A stretch of 64,000 nt of DNA from an uncultured Acidobacteriota bacterium. Its GTDB lineage: Bacteria > Acidobacteriota > Terriglobia > Acidiferrales > UBA7541. Location of the stretch: contig CAWCQH010000012.1 in assembly GCA_963797585.1 (NCBI GenBank), positions 6,312 to 70,311 of the forward strand. Direction: 5' to 3'. The first letter of the stretch is position 1, and each line of letters opens with the position of its first letter. Below the pieces are notes generated by a model. It was given only the letters and a program-made list of their open reading frames with translations. It did not search any database and had not been told where the DNA came from. Shown one piece after another: positions 50,489 through 59,898 of the stretch. A program made the translations under genes and the position numbers.

Positions 50489-51133
50489 ATGGCAACTCAG
50501 ATTGCATGGCCCGACGCGCTCCGCGCGCTGAAGGCCAGCCAATGTTCGTGCGACGGCTGCAGGCATATCGTGACGATGCAGCTCGAAACCCGCCCGTTGT
50601 GCCTCGACCACTTTCTTTCCGTTTCGCTTCAGGAGATGGACGCCCGCAGCGCCTGCCTGAAGGTGAAACCGGTCGATACCGCCGCAGCCGCAAACCTTAA
50701 GAACTTTTTGGCGGATTGCATGCACCAAGCCGAAACACTCTCAGCCGGCGAAGAATCGGCGACTGGCCCTTACCGGTCCGGACTTCTCGATATCCAGCGC
50801 CGCTGTTCGGAACTTGGCCGTTCGTTGCGCCGCAGTCCGCGAGTGCCCGCGTCCGTCCCTGTCTGGTTGCGCCGGGAAGATCCGCGCAATACCTGGGAGG
50901 AAGAAACCTGGACGTCCACCGTGAGCCTTCATGGCGCCGGTTTCGTCTGCCGCCATTCTGTCGAGATCAACGGGCGCGTGGTCTTGTGTCGCCGCGACAA
51001 AGGTAAACGAATGGAAGCACGCGTGGTTTACTCGCGCTTTGATTCAGAAGGCCGGCGCCACATTGGCGTGGAACTTCTCGGACGTGGCGATTTCTGGGAC
51101 GCCCCGCATCTGGCCGCAGCCAACACCCAGTAG
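50489..51133 (+). CDS. Cys-rich N-terminal domain plus C-terminal PilZ-like domain protein
   Basis: CSCDGCRH...CLDH at the N-terminus. The C-terminal RRSPRVPASVPVWL..TWTSTVSLHGAGFVC..GRVVLC is PilZ-like. It follows the previous gene closely (that gene's stop ends at 50453). Confidence 0.6.
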   Translation: MATQIAWPDALRALKASQCSCDGCRHIVTMQLETRPLCLDHFLSVSLQEMDARSACLKVKPVDTAAAANLKNFLADCMHQAETLSAGEESATGPYRSGLLDIQRRCSELGRSLRRSPRVPASVPVWLRREDPRNTWEEETWTSTVSLHGAGFVCRHSVEINGRVVLCRRDKGKRMEARVVYSRFDSEGRRHIGVELLGRGDFWDAPHLAAANTQ

Positions 51134-51154
51134 AGATTCGCCCGATAGAAAACT

Positions 51155-51634
51155 TCAGGCGAGAGCGCTCCGAAGCCTCTGATAGGTCGTCGAAAGCTCT
51201 TCAGGCTCCACCCGGGTTTCTCCCACAACCGTCATAAAGTTCGCATCGCCGGCCCACCGCGGCAGCACGTGCAAGTGTAAATGCCCCACGATTCCGGCTC
51301 CCGCCGCCCGCCCCAGATTCATGCCCAGGTTATATCCCTCCGGGTGGTACGTCTTCCCGAGTGCAGCCTGAGCACGCTGCGCCAGAAGCATCATTTCGGA
51401 AAGCGTATCGGGAGGAACCGCGGAAAGCTCGCCCAGGTGAGCGTAGGGAACCACCATCACGTGCCCGCTCGTGTAAGGATACCGGTTCAGAATAATGAAG
51501 TTTTTCTCACCCCGTAAAACCACCAGCGTTTCAGCGTCGTCGTTCGCCGCAATCGCGTCGCAGAATACGCAACCGTCGTTCTTTCCTTCGCTGGCTATAT
51601 AACGGTAGCGCCAGGGCGACCACAAATAATCCAT
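51155..51634 (-). CDS. HIT (histidine triad) family protein
   Basis: 159 aa with GHLHLHVLPRW (HxHxHxx motif). Confidence 0.85.
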   Translation of the reverse strand: MDYLWSPWRYRYIASEGKNDGCVFCDAIAANDDAETLVVLRGEKNFIILNRYPYTSGHVMVVPYAHLGELSAVPPDTLSEMMLLAQRAQAALGKTYHPEGYNLGMNLGRAAGAGIVGHLHLHVLPRWAGDANFMTVVGETRVEPEELSTTYQRLRSALA

Positions 51635-51639
51635 CCTGC

Positions 51640-51972
51640 TTAGCCCTGCGTGCCGGGTTCGTGGGAGCCTGCGGAAGCCGCTGCTGGCCCCGGCCCCGAG
51701 GTATTGATGAAGTCCTTCAGTTCTTTGCTGGGCTTGAAATAGGGGATTTTCTTCGGGGGGACTTCTACTTTCGCCCCGGTCTTCGGGTTGCGCCCGGTGC
51801 GCCCGCGGCGCTGGCGTGTGCGAAAGCTTCCGAAACCCCGAATCTCGATCTTATCGTCCGATTGCAGCGCCGCAATGATGCTTTCGAAAATCGTTTCGAC
51901 GACTGCTTCGGATTCCTTCCGTGGCAGATCGGTCACACGTGTGACTTCCTCCACCAGATCGGCCTTGGTCAT
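51640..51972 (-). CDS. IHF/HU family DNA-binding protein
   Basis: MTKADLVEEV...IEIRGFGSFRTRQRRGRTGRNPKTGAKVEVPPKKIPYFKPSKELK is a typical IHF/HU fold sequence. The ORF is open to 52017. Confidence 0.85.
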   Translation of the reverse strand: MTKADLVEEVTRVTDLPRKESEAVVETIFESIIAALQSDDKIEIRGFGSFRTRQRRGRTGRNPKTGAKVEVPPKKIPYFKPSKELKDFINTSGPGPAAASAGSHEPGTQG

Positions 51973-52187
51973 CGTTTGTTCTTTGATTTGCGTTCGCTCG
52001 CCGGCTGCCTCTGCCATGGGATAAAAGCCTCCTCAAGAAGTCGATCGTAGTAAAGTGATGGTCCGGGGGCGCTGAAGCCGGGGAGCGCCACAAGCTCTTT
52101 GATATCATCAATCTAACGTAAGGTAAAGATTATTCGCCCGGGAAGGGGAGGTGAACCCCGGAAATCCGGCCCCTTTGAGGGAACTCG

Positions 52188-54167
52188 CTACGATGACTGC
52201 CGCTTGGCCATGATGGCATCGCCGATCGTCGCAGTCGGCGACGACTTCGTTGACCGGAACGTCTCGATCTCCTGCCGTTCCGCCTGCTTTTGCGCCGCGC
52301 GATAACTCAAACTGATTTTGCGCTCTTCGGGTTCCAGGCGGATGATCTTGAAGTCGTATTCCTGACCGCCTGCCAGCACAGAGGTCACGCGCGCGCCGCG
52401 CGGCGCCTTTTCCTTTTCCCGCTCGCCCTTTGGCTTCCGCTCTTCGATTTCCGACACATGGCACAGACCTTCTATGCCATCGGCCAGTTCCACGAACGCG
52501 CCAAAGTCCGTCGTTCTGGTCACTTTGCCCTTAATAACTTCGCCAGCCTTGTGCGCGCCAAACCAGTTGGCCCAGATGTCGTTCACTTGCTTGATTCCCA
52601 GGGAAAGCCGGCGGTTCTGCGAATCCACCTTCAGCACGCGGGCCTGCACGGAATCGCCCTTCTTGAATTTCTCGCTGGGATGCTTGATCCGCTCGGTCCA
52701 GCTCACATCGCTGATGTGGATCAGGCCTTCCATGCCTTCTTCAATTTCCACGAAGGCGCCAAAGTCGGCAAGATTGCGGATACGCCCATTGATAATCGTG
52801 CCCACGGGATACTTCTCCGCCGCGGCTTCCCACGGATCAGGCAAGGTTTGCTTGAGTCCCAAGGAAATGCGCCGCTGATCGGTCTTGAGTTCCAGCACCA
52901 CCACGTCCACGTCATCGCCAACCTTCACGATTTTCGAAGGATGCTTGGTGCGCTTAGACCAGCTCATCTCGCTTACGTGAACCAGTCCCTCGACCCCCGG
53001 CTCAATCTGCACGAAAGCCCCGTAGTCGGTGACGCCCACGACTTTCCCTTGTATCCGCGTGCCCACCGGCAACCGTTCCGGCACCGTCGCCCAGGGATCG
53101 GGAAGAAGCTGCTTTCTCCCCAGCGAAATGCGCTGCTTTTCCTTGTCGAATTTCAGCACCTGCACCTGAATTTCGTCCCCGGCCTTCACCAGCGTCGAAG
53201 GATGCGGCACGCGTCCCCAGACGAGATCGCTCACGTGGAGCAATCCGTCCATCCCGCCCAAATCCACAAATACGCCGTAATCCGTAATGTTCTTCACGTG
53301 GCCGGTCACTACGCTGCCTTCGGCCAGCGTCGATGCCAGCGTATCGCGCTTGGCTTTTTGCTCCTCCTCCAGCAGCGCCCGGTGGCTCACCACGATGTTG
53401 CCGCGCTTGCGATTCAGCTTGAGGATGCGAACTTCGATCTCTTTGTCTTTCCATCCATCCAGATCGTGTACCGGACGCAATTCGATCTGCGATGCTGGCA
53501 GGAAAGCCCGCACGCCAATATCGACCACCAACCCGCCCTTGATCCGCTCCAGAATCTTGCCTTTGAGATTGGTATGCTCCCGGTAAGCCTTCTCGATTCG
53601 CTCCCACACACGGCGGCGATGCGCGCGCACATGCGATAGCAGCACGTAACCATCGCGCTGCTCGTGCAAACGTTCGACTTCGATCGTCTGCCCCTCGCCG
53701 AATTCAATCGGAGCGCCCGAATCCAGAAACTCCTGTGCCGGCACCAGTCCTTCGAACTTCCCGCCGACGTCCACAACCACGCCCGCCTCGGTTACCGCCA
53801 GCACCCGTCCGTCGAATATTTCCCCTTCCGCCGCCGCCGTTTCAGGAGTGGGAAACTGATCGAGCAGCTGGTCCATCGTTTCCGTTGTCTCGGAGGATTC
53901 CGCAGTGTCGCTTTCGGCAGCAGGTGGGTTTGCAACCTCCGCCTTCGCGCTTGGCAAACTAGTCACCGGAGAATCGGTCATCGAGACGGTCTCAGGAGCG
54001 CGAGCCACGGCGGTGGCCGCACCTGCGCTCTGGGGTTCAGCCGCCACAGCAGAGGCAGCCGCGAATTGCAGGTTTTCCGATGAAGGCTCTGCCATTATGG
54101 TCTCCGGGGCAGAAGGTTGGGGTTTCTCGTCGTGTTCGGGTGACATGGGAAGCGGCCTCCGTAGCAA
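52188..54167 (-). CDS. rpsA: 30S ribosomal protein S1 with Ala/Pro/Glu-rich N-terminal extension
   Basis: Six S1-domain repeats (for example GRVLAVTEAGVVVDVGGKFEGLVP, GKILERIKGGLVVDIG, GHVKNITDYGVFVDLGG, GKVVGVTDYGAFVQIEPG). The start is uncertain; candidates are 54167, 54146 and 54095. Confidence 0.9.
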   Translation of the reverse strand: MLRRPLPMSPEHDEKPQPSAPETIMAEPSSENLQFAAASAVAAEPQSAGAATAVARAPETVSMTDSPVTSLPSAKAEVANPPAAESDTAESSETTETMDQLLDQFPTPETAAAEGEIFDGRVLAVTEAGVVVDVGGKFEGLVPAQEFLDSGAPIEFGEGQTIEVERLHEQRDGYVLLSHVRAHRRRVWERIEKAYREHTNLKGKILERIKGGLVVDIGVRAFLPASQIELRPVHDLDGWKDKEIEVRILKLNRKRGNIVVSHRALLEEEQKAKRDTLASTLAEGSVVTGHVKNITDYGVFVDLGGMDGLLHVSDLVWGRVPHPSTLVKAGDEIQVQVLKFDKEKQRISLGRKQLLPDPWATVPERLPVGTRIQGKVVGVTDYGAFVQIEPGVEGLVHVSEMSWSKRTKHPSKIVKVGDDVDVVVLELKTDQRRISLGLKQTLPDPWEAAAEKYPVGTIINGRIRNLADFGAFVEIEEGMEGLIHISDVSWTERIKHPSEKFKKGDSVQARVLKVDSQNRRLSLGIKQVNDIWANWFGAHKAGEVIKGKVTRTTDFGAFVELADGIEGLCHVSEIEERKPKGEREKEKAPRGARVTSVLAGGQEYDFKIIRLEPEERKISLSYRAAQKQAERQEIETFRSTKSSPTATIGDAIMAKRQSS

Positions 54168-54449
54168 TGACTGCCCAGCTTGCCGAGAGTTCTACCTCGG
54201 TTACTCCACCCATCCGGGGGTTAGAGCTTGAAGGGGATAAGCATCCGCTCGCGACGCTGTATCGTTGGAAATGATACGCGTCCGGTTTGCACGTTGTCAA
54301 TGGACGCAGGGCGCACCGGGGTGGTCCCGAGTCGCGATCTGCGCGGCCGTTCGCGTCCCGCGAACGAAAGAAAGCAAAACATTTCCGACGCACGCATTCA
54401 GGTTCCTTCTGCTACCATACGCGTCCCAAATGGCCCCCTTGGGGCGGAA

Positions 54450-55085
54450 ATGGGGGTGGAAGATTTGAGCCAGATGTCTCATGAAGCCGCCTATCCCTCC
54501 GTACAGATTCTCCCGCGGAGTCGCAACTGGTGGGCCTGGCTCAAAGGTTCGCCCGCCGAATGCATTCACCTCGAGCATGACGCCGAATGGCTGGCGACGC
54601 TTCTCCCCGACACCCTCTATCTGAGGGGTAAGCGTGTGACGCAGCGCGATCCCGCGCGTCCCGAAGTCGTCCTGTGCCGCTCGTGCCTCACCGGGACCTT
54701 GGCGCCTGAACTCACACGATATCCCGGCTTCGTAGTCGCTTTTGAACCCGATCCCGAGATATTCACGCAGTATTTTTTTGTCGCCGATCCCGATTTCGGC
54801 CCGGCCGGTGTCGCACCAGACGTAGCGGGCGCCATCGAGAAACGTCTGGCTGAGGGATTCGGCTCGTGTGTACGATGTAAGCAGCTGGCCACCTGGCTCT
54901 GGTTTCCGCGAGATCAGGTAGCCAGTCTCGACGAGGTGGAGAAAATCACGAGCGCCGCCGGCGAATCCCTGTGCGCCGCCCACGGAGCCCGCAAGCTGTG
55001 CGATTCGTTCGAAGCGATTCCGGAGGCGAATCTTTTTTACGTGAACCTGCCTTACGGTGAGTCCGGCGCGTACCTCTGGATATAA
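54450..55085 (+). CDS. hypothetical Cys-rich protein (CxxC, CxxC, CxxH..C)
   Basis: The coding-looking part begins at MGVEDLSQMSHEAAYP. The region upstream of it in the ORF is Arg-rich and looks non-coding. CRSC, CVRC and CAAHGARKLC suggest zinc binding. I recognise no family. Confidence 0.4.
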   Translation: MGVEDLSQMSHEAAYPSVQILPRSRNWWAWLKGSPAECIHLEHDAEWLATLLPDTLYLRGKRVTQRDPARPEVVLCRSCLTGTLAPELTRYPGFVVAFEPDPEIFTQYFFVADPDFGPAGVAPDVAGAIEKRLAEGFGSCVRCKQLATWLWFPRDQVASLDEVEKITSAAGESLCAAHGARKLCDSFEAIPEANLFYVNLPYGESGAYLWI

Positions 55086-55093
55086 GTCTGGCG

Positions 55094-55342
55094 ATGAATA
55101 TCGAGCTCAAAGAAATCGTGGAGAAGTATCTGGCGGCCGCAGGCGGCTACGGAAAGCAGGTCCCGCTCACGTCGCTCGGACTCTCGAAAGAGGAAATCGA
55201 GGACGTTTTCAGCGCTTTCGATGAGGATTACCACATCAGCCGCTTCTTGCATTTCGCCTGCGCCGCCGGGGCGGATTTCCAGATCAACGGATTCCCCCAG
55301 ACGCACGTCGCCATCGACGAAGAAGTCCAGTCCATTCTCTGA
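55094..55342 (+). CDS. hypothetical small acidic protein (82 aa)
   Basis: ATG ORF 8 nt after the previous stop, with plausible composition. I recognise no family. Confidence 0.4.
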   Translation: MNIELKEIVEKYLAAAGGYGKQVPLTSLGLSKEEIEDVFSAFDEDYHISRFLHFACAAGADFQINGFPQTHVAIDEEVQSIL

Positions 55343-55347
55343 GTTCT

Positions 55348-57130
55348 TTACCGGAGCGGAGGGTGAAAGTCGAACTCCGGATCCACATCCACGGGAATGT
55401 CGGAAGCCTTCGCCAGCGCCGCGGAGAGTTCCGGCGGCATCACCGCGTATTTCTTGAACCAGCGTTCGGTCCGCGCGCGGTCGCCCGTGGCCTCCTGCTC
55501 GAGCAATTCCTTGCCGAGTGACGCAATCGCGGCCGGCATGCGGTCAAAGCTAATGTCATAGAGGCCGCTCGCCGGGCTCGCGGTGAATCGCGCCCTGCTC
55601 CGCCAGGTAATTGAACTCCATCATCTCGGCTGCGCCGTGCGCCTCGGCGATTCCGAAGCGAACCGTGCGGAAGATCCCCGCCACGTAGGAAGCATACACG
55701 GCGTTCTGCTTCTCCTTGGGAAACGCCCCATGGTCGATCAGCCACTTCAGCCCCATCTCGCCCACCACGTCGGCCTTGGCTTCTTCCAGCCCGGAGTATT
55801 GCGCCCCGATCGCCTCACGAATATCCACTTTGCCTGCCGAGGTGCGCGCGAAGGCCGGCCCGAGGCCGTGGGAAATCTCGTGCATCAGCGTGTCGGTAAG
55901 GTAGCCTTCGCCGCTCGCGAGCGCCGCCTGATCGGGTTTCATCACCCGCTTGGCCAGCGGCAGAATGATGTAGTTCACGCGCGCATCCATGAAGTTCTTC
56001 CAGAACATCTTCTTCGAGCCTTTTTGCTCGTGGATGCGCGGATCGTTAGGAAGATTGTCGGCTACGGCCTGGTAGCCGTGCAGCAGGTCGCCTGCGCGGT
56101 AAGGCGAATCCACCACCTCCATCGGCGATTGCTTGCCGCGCTTCGAGGGCAGGTCGTCGCGTGAGAGCGGCAGCGATTCCTGCAGATCGGGTACATATTT
56201 CTGGAACACCGCGAGCTTCTTGCTTTCCTCCTCGTTGCGGATCATCACCGACGCCCCGTAGGAGGTCTTCACGCCGAGCAGCGAATCCAGGTACGTCTCG
56301 TACGGCGCGAAAATCACGTCGAATTTGGGATTCTGCAGGCCAAGCCAGGCGATGTCGCTCGCAAAATAATCGTCGGTAAGCAAGGCATCCGCTCGCAGGC
56401 GCAGAAAGTTCGCGAATGCCGGATCGTCGCTGAGCGCGGCCGCTTCGCGCAGGTCTTTCGCCATCGGCTCCAGGAATTCCCGGTAGGCAACATGGTAAGG
56501 AATCGTTTCGAGAGCGTCGCCCTTCCGGCGCACGATCGTCTGCGGGGCGAACAGCGCCGCCTTCTGCTCCGGGTGCGCCGCCACATACGCGTCGAATTTT
56601 GCCCGCGTCATGTCCTCCGGGAAAAATCCCCGCCCCGGCGGCATCGGCTGCGTCCCGACAAAAGGCTTCTCGTCGTCGATCAGGTCAAAGCGGCTGCCGT
56701 TGATCTTCAAATAGCGGCGAAGGAGCTCGTCCTGCGGATTCTTGCTTCCGGCGAGCGAAAGATAGAGCTTCAATCCTTCGGGATCGCTTTGACGCCAGTA
56801 AATGCAGTCCAGCAGCCCCGAAGCATCCACGAGCTTGTCGATCATCTGCCGCTCGCGAGCACTCAGCCCCTGCGAATTGAATGGCATATGCACGCGCCGG
56901 AATTTCGCCACCCGCTGCGCCAGGTCCGGAACCACAACGAGATTTGGAGCAGCGCTGGACGTGGAACTGGCCGGTTTGTTAGACGGAAGGGTCGATTGAG
57001 ACGAAGCGGTAGCGGCGACCAGGATTGCAACCAGAAGCGCGCAAATCAGCCACGAAGCAAGCCCGCGATTCAGCCGCCAAATTTGGGCAAATCTCGCTCG
57101 AAGAATATCGCGTTTGCCAGGTTCCACCAC
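55348..57130 (-). CDS. DPP3 (M49)-like zinc metallopeptidase family protein, one apparent frameshift near 55563-55570
   Basis: LMHEISHGLGP and EEAKADVVG zinc-binding motifs, plus an N-terminal TM/signal. The C-terminal 60 aa (GLYDISFDRMPAAIASLGKELLEQEATGDR...) continue in the frame of ORF 55348..55539. Confidence 0.65.
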
Positions 57131-57336
57131 TCGATCATCTTAGCCGCTAGGCTCGGTAATGCAACAACTTCCCCGATGGCTCCCGGTCAATGCCGCGCTG
57201 CGGTTTCACAAGATCGGTTGGATGTTTTTAGCGGGTCGGAACCTTCAAGCTTCGACAAATAGACTCGGCGCGCAGCGCCCTTCCTTACGCGGTGCCTTTA
57301 CCGCGAGCCTTCCTCCTCTACCTCCTCTGCCTCTGC

Positions 57337-59097
57337 TTACTTCACCGGCACCGCGGCACGCTGCAGCCGCTCGTCCAGCGCCCGGTGTTCCTGACGCAGC
57401 GCCTCGGGAAGCCGGTCGCCAAATTCCTTAAAAAACTTCCCAACCGCCCGCGACTCCTCCGTCCAAGCGCTCGGATCGACCCGAAGAAGCTCGTTCAGCG
57501 TTTCCTGCGAGATCGAAAGCCCGTCAAGGAGCAGCGAACCGGGAGCGGGTACGTTCCCGATGGGCGTTTCCGACGCTTTCGCGCGGCCCTCGATGCGATC
57601 CAGCATCCACTTCAGCACGCGGACGTTGTCGCCATATCCCGGCCACAGGAACTTTCCATCGGCCCCGCGCCGGAACCAGTTCACGTGAAATATCCGCGGC
57701 GGATTCTTCAGCTTGGGCCCCATCTTCAGCCAGTGCGCGAAGTAATCGGCCATGTTGTACCCGCAGAATGGAAGCATAGCCATCGGATCGCGCCGCGTGA
57801 CGCCCACTGCGCCCGTCGCGGCTGCCGTAGTTTCCGAAGCCATCGTCGCGCCCACAAACACGCCGTGCTGCCAGTTCTGCGATTCATACACGAGCGGAGC
57901 AAGATGCGCTCGCCGGCCGCCAAAAATAATCGCCGAGATCGGCACTCCTTCCGGATCGGCCCAGTGAGACGAAATGGACGGCGACTGGCACGCCGGAACG
58001 GTGTAACGCGAATTCGGATGCGCTGCCGGCCCCGAATTGCCGTTCAGCGGCTCGCCCTTCCAGGTAGTGAGCCCTTGCGGCACGGCGCCGTCGATCCCCT
58101 CCCACCACGGCTCGCGCGACGGCGTCAGGCCCACATTGGTGAAGATCGTATTCTTGTGCAGCGCGCCCATGATGTTCGGGTTGGTCTTTTCATTGGTACC
58201 CGGTGCAACTCCAAAAAAGCCCGCCTCGGGATTGATGGCACGCAGCGTTCCATCGGATCCCACATGCATCCAGGCGATATCGTCGCCGATCGTCCACACG
58301 CGATAGCCCTGCTTCTCCAGCGCCGAAACCATCATCGCGAGGTTCGTCTTGCCGCAGGCGCTCGGAAATGCCGCCGCCATATAGGTCACTTTCCCCGACG
58401 GGTCCTCGAGCCCCAGAATCAGCATGTGCTCGGCCATCCAGCCTTCGCCGCGCGCCATCCAGCTCGCAATTCGCAGCGCAAAGCACTTCTTACCGAGCAG
58501 CGCGTTGCCTCCGTAGCCGGAACCGACGCTCCAGATAAGTTTTTCTTCCGGAAAGTGAAGGATGAACCTCCGGTCCGGATTCAAATCCCCCAGCGAATGC
58601 AGCCCGGGAACAAAATCGTCCGAACTTCCCAGCCGGTCGAGCGCCACCTTGCCCATGCGGGACATAATCCGCATGCTCGCCACCACATAAGCGCTGTCGG
58701 TAATCTCCACGCCGATCTTGCTGTAGGGCGACTTCTCCGGCCCCAAAATATAGGGCACCACGTACATCGTGCGCCCCTTCATGGCCCCGTCGAAAAGCGG
58801 GCGAACCTTAGTCTTGCCCTCCTCGGGCGACATCCAGTTATTCGTGGGTCCTACATCGGCTTTTTCGCGCGTACAAATAAACGTCAGTCCTTCGGTGCGG
58901 GCCACATCGTTGGGATTGCTGCGGTGAAGGTAACAGCTGGGATACGTCTGTTCATTCAGGGATAGATAAGTGCCGTCGCGCAGCATTTCCTGGGACAGGC
59001 GTTCGTTCTCTTCCCGCGATCCATCGCACCACACAATCTTTTCGGGCTTCGTAAGCCGTGCTGTCTCTTCGACCCACTTTTCCAATGGTGTTGCCAC
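57337..59097 (-). CDS. pckG: phosphoenolpyruvate carboxykinase (GTP)
   Basis: 586 aa. FPSACGKTNLAM kinase-1a motif, WMAEHMLI, GDDIAWM. GTG start with AGGAGG 5 nt upstream. Confidence 0.9.
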   Translation of the reverse strand: MATPLEKWVEETARLTKPEKIVWCDGSREENERLSQEMLRDGTYLSLNEQTYPSCYLHRSNPNDVARTEGLTFICTREKADVGPTNNWMSPEEGKTKVRPLFDGAMKGRTMYVVPYILGPEKSPYSKIGVEITDSAYVVASMRIMSRMGKVALDRLGSSDDFVPGLHSLGDLNPDRRFILHFPEEKLIWSVGSGYGGNALLGKKCFALRIASWMARGEGWMAEHMLILGLEDPSGKVTYMAAAFPSACGKTNLAMMVSALEKQGYRVWTIGDDIAWMHVGSDGTLRAINPEAGFFGVAPGTNEKTNPNIMGALHKNTIFTNVGLTPSREPWWEGIDGAVPQGLTTWKGEPLNGNSGPAAHPNSRYTVPACQSPSISSHWADPEGVPISAIIFGGRRAHLAPLVYESQNWQHGVFVGATMASETTAAATGAVGVTRRDPMAMLPFCGYNMADYFAHWLKMGPKLKNPPRIFHVNWFRRGADGKFLWPGYGDNVRVLKWMLDRIEGRAKASETPIGNVPAPGSLLLDGLSISQETLNELLRVDPSAWTEESRAVGKFFKEFGDRLPEALRQEHRALDERLQRAAVPVK

Positions 59098-59291
59098 CGA
59101 TCCTCCTAGGATGTTGTGCGCGACGGGAAACGCACCCGCAGGTACGGCAATCTAAACGCGGCGCGATAAACGAGCTTAAAGTGTATACAAAAATTTTAGG
59201 GCACGAACGCAGGAAAAGCAAGGCACGCTACTACACCTGTGTGACGCGCAACACACGCATTCTTAGCGCTTTCTGGCCCCGGTCGCGCCCC

Positions 59292-59723
59292 CTATTTAGG
59301 ATAGGGATGCCCGGCGAGAATCGCAAAAGCGCGGTAAATCTGCTCGGCCAGCACGACGCGGGCAAACTCATGCGGCATGGTAAGCGTCGAAAGCGAAATC
59401 TTCTGCTTCGCCGCGTCCCGCAGAACGTCCGGAAATCCCGAAGCGTCCCCGCACAGAAAAACAATCTCGCGCGTTCCGCCGTCGCGCACGCCGCCGATCC
59501 AATGCGCGAATTGCTGCGAGGTAAATTGCTTGCCGCCCGCATCCAACAGGACGACCGCCGCGCCCGGCTCCATCTTCAATTTGCGTAGAGCAGCCGGCGT
59601 CCCGTCGCGCAATTCGTTCACCTCGATCTCCGCGTATCGCCGGATGCGCCCAAGGTAATCGTCAAAGAGTGCGCGAGCCTCTTCGCGGCGCGTCTTGCCA
59701 AGCATGATCAAGCGGATTTTCAT
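59292..59723 (-). CDS. rlmH: 23S rRNA (pseudouridine1915-N3)-methyltransferase RlmH
   Basis: 143 aa. LDAGGKQFTSQQFA, IVFLCGDASG and LSLSTLTMPHEFARVVLAEQIYRA are SPOUT/RlmH motifs. Confidence 0.85.
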   Translation of the reverse strand: MKIRLIMLGKTRREEARALFDDYLGRIRRYAEIEVNELRDGTPAALRKLKMEPGAAVVLLDAGGKQFTSQQFAHWIGGVRDGGTREIVFLCGDASGFPDVLRDAAKQKISLSTLTMPHEFARVVLAEQIYRAFAILAGHPYPK

Positions 59724-59898
59724 TGCGATAGGCCGCTGCGTTCGTCGAAGCAGACCTTCGAGGGACTATGTGGCAACGTAGGTCTTCCGTCAGGGCACGG
59801 ATTTATCCGTGCCGCAAATCCCTGTAAATCAATGCGGCTTCAGCCGCTGAGGGACGATTTAGCCGTTGCCGCACAGACTGTTCAAGGGCGCATCGCTG

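Noticed and set aside
57292-58965. 557-aa ORF on the plus strand
   Set aside because: It is antisense to an unmistakable GTP-PEPCK gene. Its translation is Arg/Pro/His-rich with no motifs. This is a typical shadow ORF in high-GC DNA. The same applies to 52290..53639 (opposite rpsA), 49410..50270, 35214..36140, 42801..43457, 13739..14332, 15042..15818 and many shorter entries in the ORF track.
59790-59850. Hairpins ggcacggat-tt-atccgtgcc (59794-59813) and gcggc-ttca-gccgc as terminators between the sigma-54 activator and rlmH
   Set aside because: The stems are real, but neither is followed by a U-tract on the transcribed (minus) strand. I did not list them as features. The same applies to the 9-bp stem at 63350-63374 between rpmA and obg.
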